64,000 nucleotides of DNA, taken from the IMG/VR virus record IMGVR_UViG_3300045051_000987, positions 1 to 64,000 of that record. One strand, written 5' to 3'. A program made the position numbers and the translations under genes. The notes below the pieces were generated by a model that was given only the letters and a program-made list of their open reading frames with translations, was not told the origin of the DNA and ran no database searches. This document shows positions 1 through 12,609 of the stretch, in pieces. The stretch comes from a virus. Every line of letters begins with the position of its first letter. The stretch's first letter is position 1.

Positions 1-351
1 CACGCCGATGATCGTGAGCGGGATCGAGAGCTGCGGGATCAGGCTCGCGAGCCTTCCGATCTTCTGCACGAGCTTCACGATCGCCTGCACGAGCGCCGCG
101 GGGTTCGCGATCATCTCGGGCACGGCCTGCGCGAAGTCCTTCACGCTCAGCACCGCGTCGAGGATCGCGAACACCGGACCGAGCGGCGCCATCGCGGGCC
201 CCGCTGCACCGACGAGCGCGAGGGCTTGCGTGAGGCCCGTCCCGCCGATGGACGTGGGAACGCCCGCCACCGCGAGCCCGCCAGGCAAGGAGAGCCGCAG
301 AGGAGCGGGAGAAGGGGTCGGAACCGGGACGGTGGGCGGGGTGACGGGCAT
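1..351 (-). CDS. Hypothetical baseplate-region protein, truncated by window edge
   Basis: ATG at 351 after GAGGAGG; open to position 1 (MPVTPPTVPVPTPSPAPLRLSLPGG...); absent from ORF track because it lacks a stop. Confidence 0.7.
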   Translation of the reverse strand, partial: MPVTPPTVPVPTPSPAPLRLSLPGGLAVAGVPTSIGGTGLTQALALVGAAGPAMAPLGPVFAILDAVLSVKDFAQAVPEMIANPAALVQAIVKLVQKIGRLASLIPQLSIPLTIIGV

Positions 352-363
352 CGAGAGGCCTCC

Positions 364-948
364 TCAACGGATCGGACCGGCGCCCGGCACCACGGGACGG
401 CCCATGATCGTGACCGCGGTCCCGTCGATGTCGATCGCGCCGGTGCTCGTGACCTTCACCGAGACGGTCCCCTTCACCTCGAGTGACATCGTGTTGCGGT
501 CGTACGAGACGCCGTCGCCGGTGACCTTGTCGCGCACCTCGAAGGCCGCGTGCCCCGTACGCCCGTCGAGCAGGATGAGGTGATCCTCGGTCTCCCACAG
601 CTTGATCGCGGGAGCGTCCGCCGGGCTGATGTCGGCCGCTTGGATGTAGCTCGGCGCGCGCCCCGATCCGCGCGGCGCGATCCAGTGCCCGGGGACGTAG
701 AAGGGTCGGTCGTGATCGCCGCCGAGGAACCACGCGCCGACGTCGGCTCCGATCTTCGGCACATGGTAGAAGCCCACGCCGTCGCCGCGCCCCATCGAGA
801 GCGGGAAGGCCCAATCGGTGAGGTCGATCATGCCGGGCACGCGCATGCGGAGCCGGCCGATCTTGAGCGGGTCGTCGTTGCGGACGACGACGGCATCGTA
901 GAGCGCGAGCCGTCGCGGTGTCGGGTCGTCCGGATCGTTCTCGTTCAC
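364..948 (-). CDS. Baseplate spike protein (gpV/gp5 OB-fold)
   Basis: AVVVRNDDPLKIGRLRMRVP...WAFP...VPKIGADV..F.GGD.DRP is the gp5/gpV OB-fold pattern; GTG start after GGAGG overlapping upstream stop. Confidence 0.88.
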   Translation of the reverse strand: MNENDPDDPTPRRLALYDAVVVRNDDPLKIGRLRMRVPGMIDLTDWAFPLSMGRGDGVGFYHVPKIGADVGAWFLGGDHDRPFYVPGHWIAPRGSGRAPSYIQAADISPADAPAIKLWETEDHLILLDGRTGHAAFEVRDKVTGDGVSYDRNTMSLEVKGTVSVKVTSTGAIDIDGTAVTIMGRPVVPGAGPIR

Positions 949-2255
949 GTCGGACCTCCACCACCGCCCGAGCGCCGATCGCGGAACTCGGTGCGCGTCG
1001 CGCGCGTCTCGGCGTCGACCACGATCGTCGGCTCGAGCGGCTCGGCCTCTTGCGGCTCGCCGGTCGGGTTCTCGGGGGCGGTCGTCGCGTTGGGCTGCGC
1101 GCGCGTCGCGGGACCGGGGTCGAGCAGCTCGAGCCCGCGCGCGGTGCGGCTCTCGGTGGAGTGCCCGCCGTCGCCGTCGCTCACGAGCTCGAGCTCGCAC
1201 GTGTAGCCACTCGCCGCGACGACGTGCGAGCACTTCTTCACGTAGTACTTCACCGAGAGGCGCTGGCCCATGCCCCGCACCTCGACGATCGTCTTCGCGA
1301 GCATCGACGGGTCGCCGACGATCGTCATCTTCATCTTGATCGCGGTCTGCTGAACGCGTCGGAACCGGCCCACCGCTTCACGGCGTGCGGTCGTCGCGTC
1401 GGGCGCCGACGTCGTGGCGACCTCCTCCGATCCGGAGAGCACCTCGGTGCGTGAGTCGCGCGTCTCGGGATCGACGATGATGCGGATCGGCGCGAGCGTC
1501 GTGCGCTCGTCGTCGCTCGAGTCGTCCGCGGTCTCGTCGATGTCGGTGCCCTCGAGCGGATCGCGTCCCTGACGGCGCACGCGGCCCGGGCGCGCGGTGA
1601 TGTCGTTCTCGATGTCGAACGTGATCACGTCGCCGCGACCGGGGTCGGTGAAGTAGTGGAGCACGCGGACGGGGGCCATCCCGGTGCGGCGTCGATGCCA
1701 GTGGAAGCCGCTGTGATCGACGTAGAACTCGAAGCCCTCGCGACGCGCGAGCCGAAGAAGGAGCTGTGCGTCGGTGAGCCCGGCTTGCGAGATCACCGGG
1801 TAGATCACGGGCGTCTCTTCGATGTCGCGGACCTCGGCGCCGTAGCCCGCCTCATCGGCGATCTGTCGGACGACGTCTGAGCGACGGACGTTCTCGAAGC
1901 TGCGCGTCTTGCCGGTGCGGTGGAGGAGGATCGACTCGCCGAGCGCTTCGATCTTGAGTGCGCTCGCGCCGGTGATCCGGCGCACGACGCACACGCGCGA
2001 GGGCGCCATGTTGCTCGGGTAGCCCCAGCTCACGTCGAGGAGCATCCCCTTCTTGAAGGCCGGGTCGTCGAAGAGCTCGAGGTTGTAGTTGTCGAGCGTG
2101 AAGCCGAGCTTGTCCGCGCGACGCTCCTCATCGTCGAAGCGGAAGTCGGTGATCTTCGCGTGGAGCTCCTCGAGCCGATGCGCGGGGCCTCGCGTGCCGT
2201 CGGGGAGCGCGCGCACGAAGTAGGTCGGGGCAGTGCGTCGGGGCTGGCCGGGCAT
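945..2255 (-). CDS. Baseplate hub / late control D-like protein
   Basis: 436 aa between LysM gene and spike; SDVVRQIA...Q..TDAQLLLRLARREGFEF; C-terminal IVGDP. Confidence 0.8.
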   Translation of the reverse strand: MPGQPRRTAPTYFVRALPDGTRGPAHRLEELHAKITDFRFDDEERRADKLGFTLDNYNLELFDDPAFKKGMLLDVSWGYPSNMAPSRVCVVRRITGASALKIEALGESILLHRTGKTRSFENVRRSDVVRQIADEAGYGAEVRDIEETPVIYPVISQAGLTDAQLLLRLARREGFEFYVDHSGFHWHRRRTGMAPVRVLHYFTDPGRGDVITFDIENDITARPGRVRRQGRDPLEGTDIDETADDSSDDERTTLAPIRIIVDPETRDSRTEVLSGSEEVATTSAPDATTARREAVGRFRRVQQTAIKMKMTIVGDPSMLAKTIVEVRGMGQRLSVKYYVKKCSHVVAASGYTCELELVSDGDGGHSTESRTARGLELLDPGPATRAQPNATTAPENPTGEPQEAEPLEPTIVVDAETRATRTEFRDRRSGGGGGPT

Positions 2256-2261
2256 CGGCGA

Positions 2262-2600
2262 TCACCCGAGCCGTCGACGTCGCTCGGAGAAGACCTCTTC
2301 GGTGAGCGTCCGATGCGACGGGATGATGAGCACGCGTCCGACCTCGAGCTCGACGGTCGGATCGTGGATTGGGTCGGGTTGGAAGTCGGCGATCACCCAC
2401 CACAGCCCGCACGCGCGCGGGATGGGCGCGAAGTACTGCCCTGCGAGCGATTGGAGCGTGTCGCCCGACTGCACGATGTGCTCGACGTTGTCTCCGAAGA
2501 CGTGGAACCGATAGGGCTCGTCGCCGTAGAGCACGAGGTCTCCCTCGGCGTCCTGCGTCGCGTAGGCGAACTGGTAGCGGGATTGCCGTCGGGGAGCCAC
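2262..2600 (-). CDS. LysM / tail X-like baseplate protein
   Basis: HIVQSGDTLQSLAGQY...LWWVIADF...LEVGRVLIIPS; start reassigned to GTG 2600. Confidence 0.8.
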   Translation of the reverse strand: MAPRRQSRYQFAYATQDAEGDLVLYGDEPYRFHVFGDNVEHIVQSGDTLQSLAGQYFAPIPRACGLWWVIADFQPDPIHDPTVELEVGRVLIIPSHRTLTEEVFSERRRRLG

Positions 2601-2617
2601 GGCGCCGAGGGTACGCG

Positions 2618-3157
2618 CTACACGGCGGAGCTTCCACCGCCCGCCGAGCTCCGGCGCGTGCCGTTGCGGCGTACGTCCTCGCTCGTCATGCGCGCGTCGC
2701 GGATCTCCTCGAGCGTGAGCGAGATCGTGCAGCGCGTGATCCGAAGGTCTTCGACCGAGAAGCGCGTCGAGGCCGAGCGGATGCCGAGGAGGATGCACGT
2801 CATGCTGACGACGTTCGGCCACACGATGAGCACGCGCGGTGGCGCGCCGCTGTCGATCGTGCCGGCGCCTCCCGGCGCGTAGGCGAGCGCGAAGCAGAAG
2901 TTGCGGAAGTCTTCGATGTCGTCGGCGCCGTCGCCGCTGTGGGCCTCCATGTAGAGGTCGAGCGGGAACGAATGGTTCCCGGTGTTCCTGTACTGAGGGA
3001 TCTCGTGCGACATGCCCTGCGGCGCGAGCTTCGAGTAGTTGATCGAGAGCTCCTCGACGAGCTGCTCGGGGTTGAACATCGGCTCTCGATCCTCACCCGT
3101 GATGAGGTTCACGAGATGGATGCGCGGTCCGCGTCCGATCGCTTCGCCCATCGTCAT
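2618..3157 (-). CDS. Tail tube initiator (contractile injection system tube-like)
   Basis: MFNPEQL...QY......F.LDL...APPRVLIVW; directly downstream of tape measure. Confidence 0.75.
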   Translation of the reverse strand: MTMGEAIGRGPRIHLVNLITGEDREPMFNPEQLVEELSINYSKLAPQGMSHEIPQYRNTGNHSFPLDLYMEAHSGDGADDIEDFRNFCFALAYAPGGAGTIDSGAPPRVLIVWPNVVSMTCILLGIRSASTRFSVEDLRITRCTISLTLEEIRDARMTSEDVRRNGTRRSSAGGGSSAV

Positions 3158-3160
3158 CGG

Positions 3161-5809
<2,649 letters not shown>

Positions 5810-5818
5810 GAGAGCAGC

Positions 5819-6328
5819 TCACCAGGTCTGTTCGCGAGACTCGTGATCCGACAGCCAGCTCGAGCCGTCGGGGCGAAGGTCGGTCTGAGCGTACGCGGAG
5901 CGCTCCGATTCCGAGTCGCGGTAGACGTGCCCGCCGCGCAGCACCGCGGTGATCCATCCCGAGAGCGAGTGCATCGAGCCGGTGAACCACAGCACGAAGA
6001 ACCACGCGGGCTCACCGCTCAGGATCGCGATCGGGATGCCGAGGAGCAGGCCCGTGATCGTGCCGTCCTCGCCCTGACGGACGTGCACGCGCTCGTGAGC
6101 CATCGTGCGCGCGCTCGCGCCGGGTTGGAGCACCATGCCGGCGAGCAAGCACTGAGAGTACTTCCACCGCTTCGTGACCCACGGGCGCCACGTCGCGACG
6201 AGCACCGCGTCGTCGATCAGACGCAGGTCGGTCGCGGCGAAGCACACGAAGGCGAGCAGAGGGAAGAGCCACCCCAAGAAGCGCGGGGCGGCGAGGATGT
6301 AGAGGGCGATTCGTCCGGCGGTCTTCAT
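5819..6328 (-). CDS. Membrane-associated HExxH putative zinc metallopeptidase
   Basis: AHERVHVRQ plus downstream ERSAY; hydrophobic stretches. Confidence 0.55.
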   Translation of the reverse strand: MKTAGRIALYILAAPRFLGWLFPLLAFVCFAATDLRLIDDAVLVATWRPWVTKRWKYSQCLLAGMVLQPGASARTMAHERVHVRQGEDGTITGLLLGIPIAILSGEPAWFFVLWFTGSMHSLSGWITAVLRGGHVYRDSESERSAYAQTDLRPDGSSWLSDHESREQTW

Positions 6329-6355
6329 GGCGCCGAGGGTAGCTGGGGCCCTCGA

Positions 6356-6660
6356 TCAGCGCGAGCGTGAGGCCTTCGCGTTCGCGGCCTTGAGCGCCTT
6401 CACCTCCGCAGCTCGACGGCGATCGATCTCCTCGATGAGAGCGATCAGCTCATCCCACTCGAGCTCCCACGCCTCGGCCCACGTGATGCCGAGGCCGGAG
6501 CCGCCGTGCTGCGTCCAGAGCACGTCGACGACGCGGGCGAGAAGCTCCTCCTGGTCGACGACGGGGAAGAGGAGCTCGACCGCGCTCGCGAGCGTGATCA
6601 GTCCGTGGTCGTCTCGTCGTCCGCCGTCCCCATCCCCTTGCCGCGCGGGATCCAAAAATC
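6356..6660 (-). CDS. Tail assembly chaperone extension (probable -1 frameshift product; no clear own start)
   Basis: Protein-like frame LLFPVVDQEELLARVVDVLW...WAEAWELEWDEL in the -1 frame of the upstream chaperone. Confidence 0.55.
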
Positions 6661-7428
6661 CTTCGCACCGAAAGGGAGCTCGACCTTCGTCGTGCCTCCG
6701 GGACATCGCGGGTCGTCGGTGTGCTCGGTCGTGATCGTCGTGTCGATGCCGCCGGCCGTGCGCTCGAACGCGTTGCCGATCTTGAGCACCTCGGACGCGT
6801 CGAGATCCTCGTACCACTCGCGCAGGTCCGCGGGCGCGGGAACGACCTTCGAGATGCGCGCGAGCACGCCGTCGACGATGGGATCGAACGGGTGCTTCCT
6901 CGTGCGCTTGTCGGTCTTCGCGAGCTTGTCGATGTGGTTGCGAACGCGCTCCTCCTCGGCGCCCGTCATGAGGCGGAAGAAGACCTCGCGCACGATGCCG
7001 TCGTCGCTGTCGACCTTCACCGAGAGCTCGCGCTTCTCCGCGAACGCCGCGATCGAGCTCTTGGGGTACGCGACGCGCGCGAGCTTCGAGAGCGGAAGGG
7101 CCCACCCGTACTCCTCGCCGCACGCCGAGCACTTCACGTCGAACTCGAAGTCACCGACGTGTGTCACCGAGCGGATGCCGAGGAGCGCCGCGAAGCGGTC
7201 GCCTTGGAGGGCCTTCTTCCAGTCGAACACCGTGCCGATCGTGTGTCCCGGGTACGCGGGGCCGGGGTCGATCACCTCGGTCGCGCACGCCATGAGGAAC
7301 TGCTCGAAGGCGTCTCCCGTCTCGAGCGCCTTGCGGTTGCCGAGCAGCTTGAACTGTCGGGCCTTGAGCTTCTTCACGCGCACGCGCAGCCCGCTCGGGC
7401 ACTCGATGATGTTCGCTTCGTCGTTCAC
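6598..7428 (-). CDS. Tail/baseplate assembly chaperone (T4 gp26-like)
   Basis: GDRFAALLGIRSVT...CSACG...FRLMTG; between tube and tape measure. Confidence 0.7.
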   Translation of the reverse strand: MNDEANIIECPSGLRVRVKKLKARQFKLLGNRKALETGDAFEQFLMACATEVIDPGPAYPGHTIGTVFDWKKALQGDRFAALLGIRSVTHVGDFEFDVKCSACGEEYGWALPLSKLARVAYPKSSIAAFAEKRELSVKVDSDDGIVREVFFRLMTGAEEERVRNHIDKLAKTDKRTRKHPFDPIVDGVLARISKVVPAPADLREWYEDLDASEVLKIGNAFERTAGGIDTTITTEHTDDPRCPGGTTKVELPFGAKDFWIPRGKGMGTADDETTTD

Positions 7429-7492
7429 GTCTGATCTCCCTGCATGCCCTCGCAGCCCTGTCCGCGAGGCGAGCCGACGTTAGCACGCGACG

Positions 7493-7530
7493 GAAAGGCG
7501 AAGCCCCCGAACCGCGTAGCTCGGGGGCCT
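7493..7530 (-). terminator. Putative intrinsic terminator after tail tube gene
   Basis: Minus strand GGCCCCCGAG-loop-TTCGGGGGCT followed by a weak T-rich tail TCGCCTTT. Confidence 0.5.
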
Positions 7531-7588
7531 CTTCGTCGACGCGGACCCTTTTCCTCTTTCCCTGTGATCCGCTCCGCGTCAGTCGCTC

Positions 7589-8065
7589 TCAGCGTCGATT
7601 GACCGGCTCGAAGTAGTCGTAGGCGAGCGTGACGCTCTCCATGACCTTCTCGTCGGTGGTGTTGTCCCACTCACCCGCGACGAACTTCGTCGGCCACGCG
7701 CCCATCACGTTCCAGCGTTGCAGCACCGAGTCGTCGCGATCGAGCTGCACGATGTCGAGCGTCCGCTTGTAGCCGTTGTCGGGCTTGCCGCGTCCGCCGA
7801 GGCCCGCCGACGCGCGCGCGGTCTCCTCGAACCAGTTGTAGAGCTGGAGGTCACGCGTCGCACCGCGCTCGAGCGTGATGTCGGGGAACGTGAGCCGGCC
7901 GGGGCTCTTGTTCGGGATGAGCGAGCCGCCCTCCCAATGCTCGATCTTCGCGAGCTCCGCGCTGAGCTCCGAGCACTTCTGGAAGCCCGCGTAGGTGATC
8001 CCATCGATCTCGATGAGGAACTTGAACTTGTTGTAGAAGCTGCGCGGGGCGCCGATGACGGGCAT
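7589..8065 (-). CDS. Tail tube protein (T4 gp19-like)
   Basis: FKFLIEIDG...GFQKCSEL...EGG...K.PGR....ITLERG...WNV.GAWPTKF. Confidence 0.95.
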   Translation of the reverse strand: MPVIGAPRSFYNKFKFLIEIDGITYAGFQKCSELSAELAKIEHWEGGSLIPNKSPGRLTFPDITLERGATRDLQLYNWFEETARASAGLGGRGKPDNGYKRTLDIVQLDRDDSVLQRWNVMGAWPTKFVAGEWDNTTDEKVMESVTLAYDYFEPVNRR

Positions 8066-8101
8066 GTGAACGACTCCTTCGAGGTGTGCGGGAGATGACG
8101 A

Positions 8102-10345
8102 TCAGCTCGCCGCGAGCTCGGCCTCGAGCGCGCGCGTGTCCTGGGAGAAGGCGAGGTTGCCCCACACCATCGGCTTCTGCGTCGCGAGCCCGACGCGCCC
8201 CTTGAGCTTGCCGGCGAAGATCATCGCGTCGGTGTTCAGGCCTCGACCGAAGTCGAGCTGGAAGGCCTTGTCGGGGTCCATCGAACGGAAGGCCTTCTTC
8301 TTCATCTCGCCGATGAGGAAGAGGCGCACCGTGCGGTCGACCTCCGCGCGGAGATCCTCGTCGTTGTTGCGCCAGCGCGCGAACTGCAAGCCGCGCTTGA
8401 TCGACTGCTCGATGAAGATGACGCCGCGACGCTCGCTCAGATAGGGGAAGTTGCCGTTGCTCTTGAGCGTGACGAAACCGTCGATGTGGCGCGGCAGACC
8501 GCGGCCCACCGTGAGCGGGTTGATCCGCTTCGGGAAGACGAGGTCGCGCTTCTTCACGTCGAGCGTGTCGTCGTGCGTGAAGCCGAGCGCCGTGCGGAGC
8601 GTGCCGCGACCGTCCACGCCCGCCGCGGGCTTGTAGACGCCGCCCTCGACCTCATCGCCTCGAGCGATGACGCCGGCCACCGCGCCGCTCGGCGGGACGT
8701 CGATCGTGTTGCCCGGACCGAAGAGCGCAGCGCTCGGGTTGAGGCACTTCATCCACGGCCAGAAGATCGCGCCGAACTCCGAGGCCTCGAGCAGCGACGC
8801 CGTGGTCTCGACGTACGTGATGATCCCGCTCGCCGACGTCGACGGCGAAGGCGGATCCATGAGCATCACGGCCTGGCCCTCGCGCCACACCTCGACGTAC
8901 GTGATGCCCGCGTTGTGCACCGCCGCCGTCGGGCGATCGGGCGCGATGACCATCGACACGGTCTCGACGGCATCGAGCGCGTACATGCCGGTCTTGTCGA
9001 CGCTCGAGCCCACGAAGTCGACGTCGGCGAGCGACGTGAGGCCGTCGTCGCCGCCAGTGAGGAGGCCCGAGGTCACGTTCGCCGGACGACGCTGTGCCGC
9101 GGTGCCGGTGAGCGCGAGGTCGGTCGCGAGCACGAGCACCGAGCCCGTGTCGACGTCGTTCACGATCGTCTCGACGTAGCGCGTCGCGTCGACGTCCATC
9201 GTCACGTTCCGGAACGTCTCCGCGATCGCGCCGTTGCGGACCACGAAGAGGTCGAAGGCCGCCGCCTCGCCGTTCGTCGCCGCCGCGATGCGGATCTGGA
9301 TCGCGTTCGCGTAGGTGCCGTCGGTGAGGCCGTCGAACTTGAGCGTGTCCTGAGCCGTGCCGGCCGAGCCCGTGTGCGTCGCGTTGTCGAAGCCGAACTC
9401 GTCATCGGCCGTCGAGATCGCACCGACCTGCACGGTGCTCGAGCCGCCGGTCGTGCTCGAGGAGATGCGCACCGCGCCGCCCGCGTTCGTGACGACCGAG
9501 CCGGCCACGTCCGCCTGCACGACGGTCTGGACCTCGGAGAAGGTGACCGCCGCGATGTTCGACACGTCGCCCGTTCCGGAGATCGCACCCGTGGTGAAGC
9601 CGAGCACGCCGTTCGCGGTGCCGCCCGTGACGTTGACGCTCGAACCCGTGCCTCGACGGTCGCTCGTGATCGTCACGCGGGTGCCGCCGCCCGTCACCGT
9701 CGCCGTCGCGCCGGTGATCTTCGCGTTGATCACCGCGCTGACCTCCTCGGCCGTCGCAGCTCCGATCGAGACGAACTCGGCCGTGAGGAACGTGATCGTC
9801 TGCACAGCGCCACCGTCGATCGAGACGGTGAGGTTCTGGTTGTTCACGATCGCGAAGTTTTCCGCGCCCGACTGACGAGACGCCGCCGCCGCGTCGAAGG
9901 TCGCCACCGCGGGGCCGCCACCGTCGATCGAGATCGAAAGCGTGTCGCCGGGGGTGAGCGCCCAGGGCCCGATGTTCGTGCCGAGCACCGAGCCCGCGCT
10001 CGGCGCCGTCGCGCCCGTCGCGAGGTTGCGCGTCGCGGCCGCCGAGGTCTTCGAGCTCGCGTCGTCGACGTCGGTGTAGTGGACGGTGCGCACCGTGTAG
10101 AGCGTCTGACCGCCCTCGTCGAAGTAGTTGCGAGCCTCCGCGCAGCCGTAGCCGTTCGCGATGTCGCCGCCGAACGTGCGTTGCCACTCCTCGAACGACG
10201 ACGAGAGCACCGCGACGCCGACGGGGCCTCGCTCGGTGATCGCGATCATGCCGGTGTCGGCCGTGGGCACGCCTTCGATCGTGCGAACGCGCGGGGTCTC
10301 TTCTTCGACCGTCCACTTCGATGCGCCATCGGCTCCGGTTGCCAT
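8102..10345 (-). CDS. Tail sheath protein
   Basis: TERGPVG, FWPW, VPPSGAVAG, RINPL, YLSERR, NDEDLRAEV; long beta-rich insertion. Confidence 0.95.
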   Translation of the reverse strand: MATGADGASKWTVEEETPRVRTIEGVPTADTGMIAITERGPVGVAVLSSSFEEWQRTFGGDIANGYGCAEARNYFDEGGQTLYTVRTVHYTDVDDASSKTSAAATRNLATGATAPSAGSVLGTNIGPWALTPGDTLSISIDGGGPAVATFDAAAASRQSGAENFAIVNNQNLTVSIDGGAVQTITFLTAEFVSIGAATAEEVSAVINAKITGATATVTGGGTRVTITSDRRGTGSSVNVTGGTANGVLGFTTGAISGTGDVSNIAAVTFSEVQTVVQADVAGSVVTNAGGAVRISSSTTGGSSTVQVGAISTADDEFGFDNATHTGSAGTAQDTLKFDGLTDGTYANAIQIRIAAATNGEAAAFDLFVVRNGAIAETFRNVTMDVDATRYVETIVNDVDTGSVLVLATDLALTGTAAQRRPANVTSGLLTGGDDGLTSLADVDFVGSSVDKTGMYALDAVETVSMVIAPDRPTAAVHNAGITYVEVWREGQAVMLMDPPSPSTSASGIITYVETTASLLEASEFGAIFWPWMKCLNPSAALFGPGNTIDVPPSGAVAGVIARGDEVEGGVYKPAAGVDGRGTLRTALGFTHDDTLDVKKRDLVFPKRINPLTVGRGLPRHIDGFVTLKSNGNFPYLSERRGVIFIEQSIKRGLQFARWRNNDEDLRAEVDRTVRLFLIGEMKKKAFRSMDPDKAFQLDFGRGLNTDAMIFAGKLKGRVGLATQKPMVWGNLAFSQDTRALEAELAAS

Positions 10346-10385
10346 CGTTCAGCTCCTCTTGCGGGTCTCAGGGGGGAAGGTCGGA

Positions 10386-10793
10386 TCAGGCGCGGCGCGC
10401 GCGCGGGGTGGGGACCGGGGAGGGCGCCGCCTCTTCGACCGGCTGCTCGTCGACGTGTTCACCCGGGTGAACACGCGCGGGCTCGGGCGCCGCCGCCTTG
10501 AGCGCGTTCTTCACGGGCTCGGGCGCGGGGTCGTCGGTCCACTTGAGCCGGCGCTCGTTGATCGCGGCCTCGATCTCCGGGCACTTCGTGACCTGCACGG
10601 GGAGCGACTCGCTCTCCTGGCCGGTCAGGATGGTGATCGAGTCGGGGAGCACGACGCGCTTCTCGGTCGATCCCCAGGTCCCGTCGGAGTGCTCCTCGCG
10701 ACGGTTGAAGAGGTGCCGAACGGGCGCGACCTGCGTGCTGAGGTTGGCGACGAACACGCGACGCGTGAGGTTCTTGAGCTTGCCAGTCGACAT
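10386..10793 (-). CDS. Hypothetical protein preceding sheath
   Basis: ATG 10793 with GGAGG; 135 aa. Confidence 0.65.
   Translation of the reverse strand: MSTGKLKNLTRRVFVANLSTQVAPVRHLFNRREEHSDGTWGSTEKRVVLPDSITILTGQESESLPVQVTKCPEIEAAINERRLKWTDDPAPEPVKNALKAAAPEPARVHPGEHVDEQPVEEAAPSPVPTPRARRA
10456..10473. repeat. 18-bp palindrome copy 1 (intragenic)
   Basis: TGTTCACCCGGGTGAACA. Confidence 0.95.
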
Positions 10794-10807
10794 CCGTTCC
10801 TCCGGTC

Positions 10808-10853
10808 GGGCCGAAGGTAGCTGGGCGTGATCGAATCGCGCAAGCCAGGGCCC
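10808..10853 (-). promoter_or_regulatory. 46-bp direct repeat copy A, putative late promoter for sheath-tube operon
   Basis: Identical to 24514-24559; TTGCGC-N18-TACCTT on minus strand. Confidence 0.7.
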
Positions 10854-11797
10854 TAGCGCCGCTCGACGCCGATCTCGATGTCGTCGGTGAGGTCCGGAAC
10901 CGCGGTGATCGCCTGATCGTTCTCGAAGCCGGGCATCACGAGCGTGTCGACGGCGACCACTGCGATCGTGCCCGAGCACGTGCGGAGGTTGCCCGGCGTG
11001 TTCGCCGAGTCGAGAGTGATCTCGCCCTCGCGCATGAGCTCGAAGCGCACGATCTCGCTCGAGCCCTCCGCGCGCGGAACGAGGAGGAAGGGGTTCCTCT
11101 TCGTGAAGTCGGCGAGCGCGCCCATGAGCGAGAGCGTGATCGAGAGGTTGTCGGCGATGGCGCCGAGCGTGAAGACGAGATCATCGGTGTCGGGCGCGCG
11201 GTGCTTCACGAAGACGCCCGTGCCCGGCGCGATCTCGCGCTTCTCGCTCACGTTCGTTCGGTAGACGACGTTCGGCCGCATCGTCGGGCCCGCGAGGAAG
11301 AGGCTCGGGAGTTTCGCCTCGCGCACGCCGCGGAGGATCTCCTCGGGGGCATCGGTCCAGTCGACGTGCGCGGTGAGCACGACCTCGGGGTAGACCTGGC
11401 GGATGAGCTCGAGCATGAGCACGCGCGTGACGCGCTCGATGTCGCTCTTCTCGCCGGTGAAGATCGGCCGCGCGTACTCGTAGGCGCTCGGGAGCGTCGC
11501 GACCTCGGCACCGATGGTCTCGCCATGCGGCCCGACGTTGCGCACCTCGAGCGCGAGCTCCTTGGCCGGATCGCGCCGCTCGGTCGTGACGTAGAGCGTC
11601 GTCGCGCTCGCGACGCGCACGAGGCGCGCCTCGGTCCCACCGATGAACACGCGCACGGTCGGAGGCGCCTCGGGGACGATGCCCGTCGGTGGTGGAGGGG
11701 GCGGGAGCGCGAAGTTGGTCCCGACGATCTTGATCACCTGACCGCCGCCGGAGTGACCGCGGGTCGGGGTGACGCTCGTGATGGTCGGGATCGCCAT
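10853..11797 (-). CDS. IPT/TIG-domain virion protein, probable tail terminator/neck
   Basis: PTITSVTPTRG..SGGQVIKIVGTNF IPT signature; start reassigned to ATG 11797 with GGAGG. Confidence 0.65.
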   Translation of the reverse strand: MAIPTITSVTPTRGHSGGGQVIKIVGTNFALPPPPPPTGIVPEAPPTVRVFIGGTEARLVRVASATTLYVTTERRDPAKELALEVRNVGPHGETIGAEVATLPSAYEYARPIFTGEKSDIERVTRVLMLELIRQVYPEVVLTAHVDWTDAPEEILRGVREAKLPSLFLAGPTMRPNVVYRTNVSEKREIAPGTGVFVKHRAPDTDDLVFTLGAIADNLSITLSLMGALADFTKRNPFLLVPRAEGSSEIVRFELMREGEITLDSANTPGNLRTCSGTIAVVAVDTLVMPGFENDQAITAVPDLTDDIEIGVERR

Positions 11798-11799
11798 GT

Positions 11800-12603
11800 C
11801 TACCTCCGCATGAAGCGTCCGGTGTTCGGATCGCGAGCAGGTCCACCGGGCCCGCGGAAGAGCCGCGAGATGAAGCCGAGGATGCCTCCGCCGCCGCGAC
11901 TGCGCCTCCCCCGCGTGAGGTTCGTCCCTCCGCCCTCGGTGAACGCGCCGAGCACCGACGCACCACGCCCCTGAGCTCCGGGCCCTCCGAAGTCGCCGCG
12001 GAGGTTCCACGCGACGCGCGAGAGGAAGCGATCGCGCACCTCTCCGCGGTTCGAGTAGAGCTTGTCGGCGACGGGCCGGATGAAGGGGCGCGCGGGGATC
12101 TGCACGACGATGATCCCGACGCCCGTCGAGGCCATGCCGCCCTTCGTCGTGCTCGAGTTGCCTTCGCGTCGGTGCATGATCGCGAGGAGCCGGCGCATCT
12201 TCGGCGTGACCTGGATGACGATCGGCCTCGAGCCCCACTCGTTGAGCTCGGCGACGTTCGCGAGCGGTCGACCATCGCGGTTGCGCGCGCTCCGCAGCAC
12301 GCCGACGAACGCCGCGCCCGCGCCCTGTCGGTGCACGCGGATGCTGTTCCGGAGATCGCCGCGGTTGAGGAGCGCCTTCGTCCCGTTGAACTTCTTGAAG
12401 CGGCGCACCGCGAGCGTCGAAGCCGAGAGGGGCTTAAAGGCCTGACCGCCCGGCGACTGATCACGGATGCCGGCGATCACCTGTGCGCGGAAGAACTGCG
12501 CCTCTTGAAGCACGGCCTGGTTGATCGCCCGGTTCACCCGGACGCTTCCCGTCGCGAGGATCCGACTCGCGAGCGCCCAATCGCCGACGCGGATCACCGC
12601 CAC
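11800..12603 (-). CDS. Virion morphogenesis / tail completion protein (Mu gpG, P2 gpS-like)
   Basis: LLNRGDLRNSI and IPARPFI motifs. Confidence 0.8.
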   Translation of the reverse strand: MAVIRVGDWALASRILATGSVRVNRAINQAVLQEAQFFRAQVIAGIRDQSPGGQAFKPLSASTLAVRRFKKFNGTKALLNRGDLRNSIRVHRQGAGAAFVGVLRSARNRDGRPLANVAELNEWGSRPIVIQVTPKMRRLLAIMHRREGNSSTTKGGMASTGVGIIVVQIPARPFIRPVADKLYSNRGEVRDRFLSRVAWNLRGDFGGPGAQGRGASVLGAFTEGGGTNLTRGRRSRGGGGILGFISRLFRGPGGPARDPNTGRFMRR

Positions 12604-12609
12604 GAGAGA

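Noticed and set aside
10456-10473. Palindrome as canonical chromosomal parS, LexA, CRP or FNR box
   Set aside because: Canonical parS is 16 bp with a CACGTG core; this is 18 bp with a CCCGGG core and does not fit the other consensus sites as I know them.
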